A stretch of 32,000 nucleotides of DNA from Kineococcus radiotolerans SRS30216 = ATCC BAA-149 (GCF_000017305.1 NC_009664.2:4230001-4262000), one strand, 5' to 3'; shown: positions 1 to 6,473, counted from the first letter of the stretch. Notes: generated from the letters alone by a model not told the origin. Program-made: numbers and translations.

Positions 1-1044
1 AGTGCGCTGGCCACCACCGATGAGGCGTTGTGGGTGCAGCTGGACGTCGAGCCGGCGGCGCTGCGCGAGCTGGGCGCAGACACCTACGAGGGGACCTGGT
101 CCAGCCGTTGGGTGCCGCTGCCCTGGACCGGTGATCTTCCGCAGCGGATCGAGGCGGTGGGCGGGCTGCCGCAGCCACCGTCGACTGCGGTTGCCGTCCG
201 CCCGGGTGGGGTGGGGCGCTGGTCCGGCTACCTCTACGACCCCGACGTCGATGCGGACAGCGAGGAGGTGGTGGAGGCGGCTGGATCGTCGTGGCGGATG
301 GGATGGCAGCCCGAAGCAGTGGATGTGCAGGACGAGTCAGAGGGTCGCCGCCCTGGCCGGGTCGTCGCCGCGGCCTTCGCGGTGCCGGATCCCCTGGGGG
401 TGCCGGATCCGCGGGTGGAGGGGTTCAGTACCGAACCGGTACGGGTCTTCCAACTCGGCAGCTATGGGATCAGTGCCGCGGCCGGGGTGGGTGAGCACCT
501 GGTGGTGGTGACCGGCGGGCCGCCGCCCTCGCTGGAGCCCACCCGGGACGGGTCAACGGCGGGTGGGTCGGAGGCGGAGAGGCGTGCAGGACCGCGGGAT
601 CGGCCCACACCGTGTGTCGTGGCGCTGCATCCCGGTACCAGTGAGCTGCGGCTGTGGTTGAGCGGGGACGAGGTCGACATCAGCGACCTGTGCTGGCCGC
701 TGGTGCCCCGGCCGTTGGACGCGGACTCCTACGCCCAGCAGGTGCTGACGTCGTGGAGCCGGATGGACCGCTACTGGCAGGGTCCCGATGGCTGGCACCC
801 GTTGACGAGCGGGGTCAGCGGCAGCCGGGCGCGGCTGATCGGGGATTGGCCGGCGACGCGGGTGGAATTCACCTTCGACTACGCGCCCCGTCCAGGGGTG
901 CGGGTGCGGCGCTTCATCGCCTTGTTCGACGAGTTGGGAGCCATCGAGTACCCCGAGTACGCCGACGTCGGTCTGATGGAGGACCTCGACACCGAACGGG
1001 TGCCGCCGTTGACGGACGCCCGTGACGGCTTTCTCGACATGTGA
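1..1044 (+). CDS. hypothetical protein (5' end cut by window edge)
   Basis: Frame +1 is open from nt 1 (SALATTDEALWVQLD...) and continues into track ORF 28..1044, with TGA at 1042-1044. Third positions are G/C-rich but include many G-ending (TTG, GTG, GGG) and some T-ending codons, unlike the right-hand genes. No family recognised by eye. Confidence 0.6.
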   Translation, partial: SALATTDEALWVQLDVEPAALRELGADTYEGTWSSRWVPLPWTGDLPQRIEAVGGLPQPPSTAVAVRPGGVGRWSGYLYDPDVDADSEEVVEAAGSSWRMGWQPEAVDVQDESEGRRPGRVVAAAFAVPDPLGVPDPRVEGFSTEPVRVFQLGSYGISAAAGVGEHLVVVTGGPPPSLEPTRDGSTAGGSEAERRAGPRDRPTPCVVALHPGTSELRLWLSGDEVDISDLCWPLVPRPLDADSYAQQVLTSWSRMDRYWQGPDGWHPLTSGVSGSRARLIGDWPATRVEFTFDYAPRPGVRVRRFIALFDELGAIEYPEYADVGLMEDLDTERVPPLTDARDGFLDM

Positions 1045-1070
1045 GGCGCTACGGCTTGGAAGATTGGAGA

Positions 1071-1095
1071 CCGCACGGACGGCGGGATGACCGTG
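1071..1095 (+). repeat. intergenic GGGATGA-loop hairpin repeat, copy A
   Basis: Sequence is ccgCACGGacggcGGGATGACCGTG. The stem is CACGG (1074-1078) / CCGTG (1091-1095) around a 12-nt loop. It lies between the stop at 1044 and the GNAT start at 1124. Confidence 0.6.
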
Positions 1096-1123
1096 AAAGT
1101 GACGTGCCGCCTCAGCAACCGCC

Positions 1124-1675
1124 GTGCACGATGGGCCGGTGCCGCAGCCTCTGCTCGTCCCCGTGATCACCGGTGAGTCCGTCACGTTGCGCCCCTTCGA
1201 GGCCAGCGACGTCGGCGCGGTGCTCGAGGCGACGACGGATCCATTGATCCCCTTGATCACCAGCGTCCCGGACACCGCGGACAGCAAGCTTGCTGCCGCG
1301 TTCGTGGGGCGTCAGCACGAGCGGGCGGTGACGGGCGTGGGCTACTCGTTCGCGGTGGAGTCCGGGTCGGTGTGCGTCGGGCAGATTGGCCTGTGGCTGC
1401 GCGATCTGGACTAGGGACGGGCCACGATCGGCTACTGGATCCGGCCCAGCAGTCGCCGGCGGGGCCACGCCGCGCAGGCTTTGGGCGCTTTGACGCAGTG
1501 GGCGTGGAGACTGCCGGAGGTGCACCGCCTTCAGCTCTACATCGAGCCGAGCAACGTCGGGTCGTGGCGTACCGCCGAGCGGGCGGGGTACGTCCGAGAG
1601 GGGCTGCTGCGTTCGTGGGAGGTCGTGGGGAACGAGCGTCGGGACATGTTCATGTACGGGATGGCGCGGCAGTAG
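1124..1675 (+). pseudogene. GNAT (RimJ/RimL-like) N-acetyltransferase interrupted by a single in-frame TAG
   Basis: Track ORFs 1124..1414 and 1481..1675 share one frame (both coordinates mod 3 = 2). Reading through TAG 1412-1414 gives ...GQIGLWLRDLD*GRATIGYWIRPSSRRRGHAAQALGALTQWAWRLPEVHRLQLYIEPSNVGSWRTAERAGYVREGLLRSW.... The acetyl-CoA motif (RRRGHA) and the N-x-x-S...G-Y/F...EG C-terminal motif of RimJ/L-type GNATs therefore lie downstream of the stop. Confidence 0.75.
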
Positions 1676-1734
1676 CGAGCTGACCGCGGCCCTGCTGCAG
1701 TGGACTTCGTGCCTTGCATTGGCATCGGGGACCG

Positions 1735-1760
1735 CGCGCACAACGCGGGATGACTGTGCG
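1735..1760 (+). repeat. intergenic GGGATGA-loop hairpin repeat, copy B
   Basis: Sequence is cgCGCACAacgcGGGATGAcTGTGCG, a 6-bp stem CGCACA/TGTGCG around a 12-nt loop. It lies between the GNAT stop (1675) and the membrane-protein start (1845). Confidence 0.6.
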
Positions 1761-1844
1761 GTCGGCGGGATGGCGTCTCACTCCTCGGCGCGCAGCGGGG
1801 CTGAATCGCCTGCGCAGGGGCGATGGTCGTGCCACGGTGAGCGG

Positions 1845-2288
1845 ATGAGCGCCGCGTCCGGTCACCCGTCGTCTCGTCCCGACCTCCTGCTGTTGGCCCT
1901 GGTGGGCCTGCCGGTGGTGGGGGCGGTGCTGACGCTGGCGGTGCAGCTGTACCTGGCGACCTGGGGTGGCGTCGACGTCGACGTGGTCTGGGTGCTGAGC
2001 ACTGCGCTGTTCTGCGGGTGGGGGCTGCTGCCGTTCGTTGCGGCGATGTTGGTGGGGATCAGCGTGTACCGGCACTGGCGCAGCGCGGCTGCGGTGGCGG
2101 TGCTGGGGCAGTTGCTGCTGGTGATCGGGACGGGGTGGCTGCTGCACGATGTCGTGGCGTCTGAGTCCTCCACCGCGGTCCTGGGTCTGATCTTCGCGCC
2201 GCTGCTGCAGGGTGCTGCGGCCGGAGTGGTGATGGCGGGCTCGGTCGGGGTCGCCAGGATGCGGCGTCACGCTGCACGGACCCTCTGA
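1845..2288 (+). CDS. hypothetical integral membrane protein (about 4 TM)
   Basis: Internal ATG at 1845 of track ORF 1719..2288 (MSAASGHPSSRPDLLLLALVGLPVVGAVLTLAV...). There are four hydrophobic stretches and the third positions are G/C-rich. The part upstream of 1845 overlaps repeat copy B and is not protein-like. Confidence 0.6.
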   Translation: MSAASGHPSSRPDLLLLALVGLPVVGAVLTLAVQLYLATWGGVDVDVVWVLSTALFCGWGLLPFVAAMLVGISVYRHWRSAAAVAVLGQLLLVIGTGWLLHDVVASESSTAVLGLIFAPLLQGAAAGVVMAGSVGVARMRRHAARTL

Positions 2289-2303
2289 GCGTCTCCACCG
2301 CCG

Positions 2304-2343
2304 ACACCTGCGGGCACCTACAGGCACTTGCGAGCACCTGGGG
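2304..2343. repeat. 4 x 10-bp phased tandem repeat (RCACYTNNNG)
   Basis: Units are acacctgcgg | gcacctacag | gcacttgcga | gcacctgggg, with an exact 10-bp period. It lies in the convergent gap between the stops at 2288 (+) and 2436 (-). Confidence 0.6.
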
Positions 2344-2403
2344 AGAACGGGGAGGTGCGTGGTCGCTGCGGGGGGTGTGTTCGTCATGGACGACGACGCG
2401 TTT

Positions 2404-2429
2404 CGCGCAACCAGCGGAATGACCGTGCG
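2404..2429 (+). repeat. intergenic GGGATGA-loop hairpin repeat, copy C (GGAATGA variant)
   Basis: Sequence is cgCGCAaccagcGGAATGAccgTGCG, with a 4-bp stem. It ends 7 nt before the anti-sigma stop codon (2436). Confidence 0.5.
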
Positions 2430-2435
2430 TTTGGC

Positions 2436-3386
2436 TCAGCCGGTCTGGAACTCACCAATGACGGTGACCCCATCGGAGGTGTAGACGGGGATGGTGCGCG
2501 GCGCCAGCGGATGCGCCTCCTGCCAGGCCAGCGCCTGCTCGGGAGACGTCGGCATCGGCTGAGGGTTGAGGTCGCGGTTGTAGGCGTAGCCCTGCTGCCC
2601 GTTGGTGGCCCACACCGCGACCAGGTCGGGAGTGCTGCCGTCGTCCTTGACGACGCCGTAGGTATCGCCGTTGGCGTTGGCGGCCCAGTCGGTGGAGGTG
2701 CGGGTGGAGTAGGTGCTGGTCAGTGACCAGCGGGTGCCCGGAGCGGCGGTGATCGTGGTGCTTGTCTGCTCAGGCTGCAGAGCCAGCGTGTAGCCGATCT
2801 CACCAGCGCCACCGTCTCGGGCGATGTCCTCAGCTGAGCAGCTCCCTCCGGCCCCGTCGGCGAAGGTGAAGGAGCCCGAGGTCAAGCAGGTCAGGACTAG
2901 CTCGACGCTGGTGGTGCCGGCGGGGCGCTGGCCCAGGTCGATGGTGGCGGTGCCGGTGTGTACGACGGTGCTGGCCGGGGCGCGTAGGACGACTTGGTCG
3001 GCTCCGGGCAGGGGCAGGACGCCGGCAGCGACCGCGGCGCCCCCACCACCCAGCCCGGCCAGGATGAGAGCCCCCAAGGTCAGAGTCCGACGACGGGGCC
3101 ACCCCCCACGGCGACGGGAACCGCGACCTTCCTGGCGGCTCAGTCGACGGTGTCCGGCGGACTCATCGGTGCTGGTGGCGGAGTTGCTGGTGGCTACTGC
3201 CTGCTGTAGGTGGCTGCGCAAGGCCGCCCGGAAGGTGGGGTCCGGCGCCGGGCCGTTCGACGTGGCCAGGCGCGCACGCATCTGCGCGTCGAAAGCGGCG
3301 TCACGGGCGCCGTCGCGGGTCGGGTCGCGCGTCAGGTCGCGCGTCAGGTCGGGGATCGGGTCGGGGGTGGGATGCTGCTCGCTCAT
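2436..3386 (-). CDS. putative anti-sigma factor / single-pass membrane protein with extracytoplasmic C-terminal domain
   Basis: Its ATG (3386-3384) overlaps the sigma-factor stop (3385-3383) as ATGA. The N-terminal cytoplasmic part is about 95 aa, followed by an Arg-rich stop-transfer segment and the TM TLTLGALILAGLGGGGAAVAAGVL. An extracytoplasmic domain of about 190 aa ends ...IPVYTSDGVTVIGEFQTG. No HxxxCxxC zinc motif was seen. Confidence 0.7.
   Translation of the reverse strand: MSEQHPTPDPIPDLTRDLTRDPTRDGARDAAFDAQMRARLATSNGPAPDPTFRAALRSHLQQAVATSNSATSTDESAGHRRLSRQEGRGSRRRGGWPRRRTLTLGALILAGLGGGGAAVAAGVLPLPGADQVVLRAPASTVVHTGTATIDLGQRPAGTTSVELVLTCLTSGSFTFADGAGGSCSAEDIARDGGAGEIGYTLALQPEQTSTTITAAPGTRWSLTSTYSTRTSTDWAANANGDTYGVVKDDGSTPDLVAVWATNGQQGYAYNRDLNPQPMPTSPEQALAWQEAHPLAPRTIPVYTSDGVTVIGEFQTG
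3312..3371. repeat. in-frame 12-bp tandem repeat (about 5 copies, 2 perfect) in the anti-sigma N-terminus
   Basis: gtcgcgcgtcag occurs at 3324-3335 and 3336-3347, flanked by degenerate copies (gtcgcgggtcgg, gtcggggatcgg, gtcgggggtggg). It encodes PDPIPDLTRDLTRDPTRD on the minus strand. Confidence 0.7.
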
Positions 3387-4162
3387 CGGTGCTGTCCTTC
3401 GGGTGCGTGCAGGTGGCCGGTGACCGAATCAGCTGGGGGGCTGGCTGCGGGACCGGCGGCGGGGTGGGCCACGGGGTGGGCCACGGGGTGGGCCACGGGG
3501 TGGGCCGCGGGGTGGGCCGCGGGGTGGGCCGCGGGGTGGGCCGCGGGGTGGTCGGCCAAGGCGGTGCGCAAGCGGGTGCGGGCGCGGTGCAGACGGGTCT
3601 TGGCCGTCCCGGCGCTCAGGTGCAGAAGGTCCGCTGCTTCGGCCAGGGCGTAGCCCTCCAGGACGACCAGGGTGATCAGCTGCAGGTCGACTGGCTTCAG
3701 TGCGCGCAGCGCGCCGGTGAGCTCTTCGTCGTGCAGATGACCCAGGCCGCCCACGCCGTTCAAAGCGGTCTCAGCTGCGTCGGGGGTGGTGTCCTGGCGG
3801 GGCAGGCGTCGCAGGAGGTCGCGGTGGCGGCGGGTGCTGCGTTGGGTGTTGCGGGCCAGGTTGGTGGTGGTCACCAGGAGCCAGGGCAGGACGCTGCCGT
3901 GGACGAGGTGGACGTGCTCGCGTCGGCGCCACAGCTCCAGGAAGGCCGCGGCGGTGATGTCGTCGGCGTCGGTGCCGCTGGCGGTGCTGTTGGGGGAGCC
4001 GACGGGGACCAGGCGTGAGGCGTGGCGGTGGACGCGGGGGTGGTGGCGGTCGAAGAGGAGAACGAAGGCGTCGGGGTCACCGCGCAGGCTGGCGGCCCAG
4101 TGCGCGTCGTCGGTCTCGGTGTCCACGTCTCCTAGTGTCTTGAGCAGGCCCGATGGTTCCAC
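3383..4162 (-). CDS. ECF (sigma-70 family group IV) RNA polymerase sigma factor with His-Pro-rich repeat tail
   Basis: Region 2-like: DAFVLLFDRHHPRVHRHASRLV...DADDITAAAFLELWRRRE...WLLVTTTNLARNTQRS. Region 4-like HTH: LKPVDLQLITLVVLEGYALAEAADLLHLSAGTAKTRLHRARTRLRTAL. A tail of about 57 aa follows, ADHPAAHPAAHPAAHPAAHPVAHPVAHPVAHPAAGPAASPP.... The gene starts with GTG at 4162. Confidence 0.85.
   Translation of the reverse strand: MEPSGLLKTLGDVDTETDDAHWAASLRGDPDAFVLLFDRHHPRVHRHASRLVPVGSPNSTASGTDADDITAAAFLELWRRREHVHLVHGSVLPWLLVTTTNLARNTQRSTRRHRDLLRRLPRQDTTPDAAETALNGVGGLGHLHDEELTGALRALKPVDLQLITLVVLEGYALAEAADLLHLSAGTAKTRLHRARTRLRTALADHPAAHPAAHPAAHPAAHPVAHPVAHPVAHPAAGPAASPPADSVTGHLHAPEGQHR
3461..3551. 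repeat. in-frame 12-bp tandem repeat, 7.6 copies (ggggtgggccRc)
   Basis: Three copies end in ac (3461-3496) and four end in gc (3497-3544), followed by a partial copy. On the minus strand this encodes (HPAA)4(HPVA)3 in the sigma-factor tail. Confidence 0.95.
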
Positions 4163-4248
4163 GCATGAGCGGCCAATCTGCCGCCGCAGTGATCGACCTC
4201 AGCTCATCCTGATCTCGGCACAAGCGTGAGGTCGCAGCCGTCCATGAT

Positions 4249-4276
4249 CGCGCGCTGAGCGCGGGATGACCGCGCG
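4249..4276 (+). repeat. intergenic GGGATGA-loop hairpin repeat, copy D
   Basis: Sequence is CGCGCGctgagcgcGGGATGAcCGCGCG, a 6-bp stem with a different sequence from copy B. It lies in the divergent gap between the sigma start (4162, -) and the ORF start (4315, +), and shares the upstream CCATGATCGCGC with copy F. Confidence 0.6.
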
Positions 4277-4314
4277 GTTCGAGTGCGGCGCCATGAGTGT
4301 GAACTTGAGCCTCC

Positions 4315-5079
4315 ATGGCCGGGCCCACCGCCCGCTCACGCGATCATGAGCGGGTGAGCGAGGGCAGCAGTGGCCGGCGTACCTGGGCCGTGGCCGAGAT
4401 CGACCTGCCGCGTACCACCGCTGAGCAGGTCTGCACCGCCTTCCTGGACGTGATGGCCGAGCCGGCGCCGTGGGCCTGCATCGACGCGTGGAGCGACTAC
4501 CGCGATGAGCTACCTGCCGAGGTCGAGCACGCCCAGACCGCGTTGCAGCAGTTGCACGCTCATCGTGACGGCCAGGACACCGGCATGGGCATCGGTATCG
4601 ACCGCAGCGACCCTGCTCAGGAGGCGCTGTTGCGTACCTACGCGGCGTGGTCCATCCATGTGGAGCTGCTTTCGGCGGCGGAGCAGGAGGCCCTGGTCAC
4701 CTTCCACGACGGGGCGTCGTCCATCACCGCGGAGCTGACCGGCACCGAGGTCGAGCGCTTGCGCGAGCGGCTGGCGGGCGTGGCTTCGGTGGAGCGGCTG
4801 GAACGGTTGCACGCACAGGCGAGGGTGCGGCGGGAGCAGGAACGGTGGGAGCGTCGGGCTCAGCGGAAGCAGCAGTGGCTGGCGCGGCTGGGGTGGTCAC
4901 CGCAGCGAGACGTCCGCCGGCAGGAGGAGGAGCTGCTCTGCGCGGAGTGCGGGCATCCGCAGGGTGCTCATCCGGGGCCAGGTCAGCGCGACCTGAAGGT
5001 GTGCGCAGTGTGTGTCTACGAGGAGGACTACGAGCTGCGGGAGGAGTCGGAGATGTGCCGGCGGGCCTACCCCGGCTGA
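4315..5079 (+). CDS. hypothetical protein with C-terminal CxxC...CxxC zinc-ribbon-like motif
   Basis: Track ORF of 254 aa. The central part is coiled-coil-like and Arg/Glu/Gln-rich (RVRREQERWERRAQRKQQWLARL). The C-terminus reads LLCAECGHPQGAHPGPGQRDLKVCAVCVYEED. Codon usage includes many T-ending codons (GAT, CAT, CGT, GCT). The start is uncertain (ATG 4315 or GTG 4354). No family recognised. Confidence 0.55.
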   Translation: MAGPTARSRDHERVSEGSSGRRTWAVAEIDLPRTTAEQVCTAFLDVMAEPAPWACIDAWSDYRDELPAEVEHAQTALQQLHAHRDGQDTGMGIGIDRSDPAQEALLRTYAAWSIHVELLSAAEQEALVTFHDGASSITAELTGTEVERLRERLAGVASVERLERLHAQARVRREQERWERRAQRKQQWLARLGWSPQRDVRRQEEELLCAECGHPQGAHPGPGQRDLKVCAVCVYEEDYELREESEMCRRAYPG

Positions 5080-5087
5080 TGCGAGTC

Positions 5088-5135
5088 ACCGCACCGCGGG
5101 ATGACCGTGCGCCCGCGCACCGCGGGATGACCGTG
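5088..5135 (+). repeat. intergenic GGGATGA-loop hairpin repeat, tandem copies E1+E2 (26-bp period)
   Basis: Sequence is acCGCACcgcGGGATGAccGTGCGcc cgcgCACcgcGGGATGAccGTGatg. E1 has the 5-bp stem CGCAC/GTGCG. The pair lies between the stop at 5079 (+) and the stop at 5185 (-). Confidence 0.65.
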
Positions 5136-5184
5136 ATGTCCGGGTGCCAATGGGGTGACTGGCGTGGTGCTTCCGGGAGTTGGA

Positions 5185-5442
5185 TCACTCGGGAGGCTGC
5201 CGCGGCACCTGAAGGTCGACGAGGACCGCGTCCTCCCCGCCTGACCTGACGTTGCCCAAGGCCGCCGGTGAGGGGGCGGTCCGCCACACGCGGTCATCGA
5301 AGTCCCACCCCGCACCGGTCACCTCCCGAAGCCGCAAGGTGCCCGGGATGGCCGACCACGCCTCCATCGCCTCGCCGGCCGGACCGAGGCCTTCGACGAC
5401 ACTCAGACGTCGATCCAGGCTGATGACCCGTGTGCGCACCAC
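5185..5442 (-). CDS. hypothetical small protein (downstream half of a split or coupled ORF pair)
   Basis: Track ORF of 85 aa with a GTG start at 5442. This frame stays protein-like upstream of its start (…QAQWHVTPSEEPLYDADELSGL|VVRTRVISLD…) but has no ATG or GTG there. See the finding for this pair. Confidence 0.4.
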   Translation of the reverse strand: MVRTRVISLDRRLSVVEGLGPAGEAMEAWSAIPGTLRLREVTGAGWDFDDRVWRTAPSPAALGNVRSGGEDAVLVDLQVPRQPPE

Positions 5443-5765
5443 TAGCCCCGACAGTTCGTCAGCGTCGTAGAGCGGTTCTTCGCTGGGTGTGACGTGCCAC
5501 TGCGCCTGCAGTGGCCGCGTCGCACCCCGCCCCGCGCTTCGGCAGGCACCACCACTTGAGGTGGCAAGGCGTCCACGTCGAGGTCCTCGTCCAGGGCCGC
5601 CAAGCCGTAGACGTCCTGCGGGTCTGAAGGGCGGAAGACCATGCGGTAGCCGTTCAGAGGCTGACCCACGGTTGGGCGTGGCGCCCCGCCGCGGATCTCC
5701 CAGCTGTCGATGTAGCAGCGGAGCACCGAGCTTGGTGTCTCTGCGGCTTCGGTGGAGCGCTTCAC
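5442..5765 (-). CDS. hypothetical small protein (upstream half of a split or coupled ORF pair)
   Basis: This is an internal part of track ORF 5442..5975, which upstream runs through repeat copy F. The candidate start is GTG at 5765 (VKRSTEAAETPSSVLRCYIDSWEIRGGAPRPTVGQPLNGYRMVFRPSDPQDVYGLAALDEDLDVDALP...). Its last 35 aa or so are Arg-rich and not protein-like. The stop TAG (5444-5442) overlaps the next GTG by 1 nt (TAGTG). Confidence 0.35.
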   Translation of the reverse strand: MKRSTEAAETPSSVLRCYIDSWEIRGGAPRPTVGQPLNGYRMVFRPSDPQDVYGLAALDEDLDVDALPPQVVVPAEARGGVRRGHCRRSGTSHPAKNRSTTLTNCRG

Positions 5766-5928
5766 GCTGAAGACCCGCGCACTCGGCAAGTCCAGAGCAC
5801 GAAGGCCCCGGGCGCGGGTTACCCGACTCCGATCACGGTAGCGGAGTCGAAGATCATCGGGGTAGCAGCCCGCGACTCGGAGACCTCGCGGTCTTCGCCA
5901 AGAGCGTGAAGTCGGTGGCCACCATGAT

Positions 5929-5952
5929 CGCGCACAACGCGGGATGACCGTG
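5929..5952 (+). repeat. intergenic GGGATGA-loop hairpin repeat, copy F
   Basis: Sequence is cgcgCACaacgcGGGATGAccGTG, identical to copy B over CGCGCACAACGCGGGATGAC. An inverted partial copy (TCATCCCGGCG, 5972-5982) lies 20 nt downstream, so CGGGATGA (5940-5947) can pair with TCATCCCG (5972-5979). Confidence 0.65.
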
Positions 5953-5971
5953 AAGTCGGTGCATCGGTGCC

Positions 5972-6274
5972 TCATCCCGGCGAAGCGCCCCGCTGGGCCG
6001 TGCTGTCGCTACCAGGTCGAGGTCGCCGGGGATTCTCCTGCTCCTCCTCACCGGGCGGCAACGCGACGCTGGCACCCTGCCCCTCCCCCTTCGAGGCAAG
6101 GCGAAGCAGGTCCGAGAGCTGCTCCACGGAAGACTTCGGGCACCCCACCCGCATCCAGTACTCGGCTCGAGACAGCGCCAACGTCGCCTCGGTGAGTGCT
6201 GCAGAGAGCCGCGCAGCTTCCTCTAGCCCCATGGACAGGATGATCGTGGACTCGTGACGTTCCAGGTGGACCAT
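5972..6274 (-). CDS. hypothetical small protein (100 aa)
   Basis: ATG at 6274 is preceded by GGAGAGG, the reverse complement of 6284-6290. The N-terminal 60 aa are helical-looking (MVHLERHESTIILSMGLEEAARLSAALTEATLALSRAEYWMRVGCPKSSVEQLSDLLRL) and the tail is acidic/Pro-rich. I preferred it over the antisense track ORFs 5944..6195 and 5967..6257. Confidence 0.5.
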   Translation of the reverse strand: MVHLERHESTIILSMGLEEAARLSAALTEATLALSRAEYWMRVGCPKSSVEQLSDLLRLASKGEGQGASVALPPGEEEQENPRRPRPGSDSTAQRGASPG

Positions 6275-6473
6275 CGACGCCTACCTCTCCACTTGCGGTG
6301 ATGACCGGCGAGTCGACGACGACCGCACTACAGCTTCCCATCCGGTTTTCTGGGCTCCCAGTGATCTTTTGGTCATCGTCATGACCGTGACGTCGTTGAC
6401 CGTGAAGTCGAGGCGGTGCGGGTGAGCCGCTGACGGCTCCGGCGGTGCTGCTCGTCCGGCAGCCCGGGAGCAG

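Noticed and set aside
3461-3551. Tandem 12-bp array considered as a possible CRISPR-like or minisatellite non-coding element.
   Set aside because: There are no spacers, because the units are contiguous. The array is in frame inside a well-supported ECF sigma gene. It is a coding VNTR.
4271-4293. tRNA-like 3' end (GCGCGGTTCGAGTGCGGCGCCA), considered as a possible tRNA or integration att remnant next to repeat copy D.
   Set aside because: A T-loop-like GGTTCGA with a CCGCGC/GTGCGG stem and a following GCCA is present. I could not build an acceptor stem, D-arm or anticodon arm in the preceding 75 nt. The other repeat copies lack this segment.
1071-5952. Two alternative readings of the GGGATGA repeat: an ECF-type promoter (-35 GGAAT/GGGAT) or an integron attC site.
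   Set aside because: No conserved -10 (CGTC/CGTT-like) element exists at a fixed 16-18 nt spacing downstream of GGGAT in the copies. Several copies lie downstream of genes rather than upstream. For attC, I see no RYYYAAC/GTTRRRY core pair, no long imperfect palindrome and no integrase in the window. The cassette-boundary idea is kept only as a loose hypothesis in the finding.
5944-6257. Plus-strand ORFs 5944..6195 and 5967..6257, one of which starts inside repeat copy F.
   Set aside because: The translations are Pro/Arg/Ala-rich. The antisense minus ORF 5972..6274 has an ATG with a GGAGAGG RBS and a helical-looking sequence, so the plus ORFs are treated as shadows.
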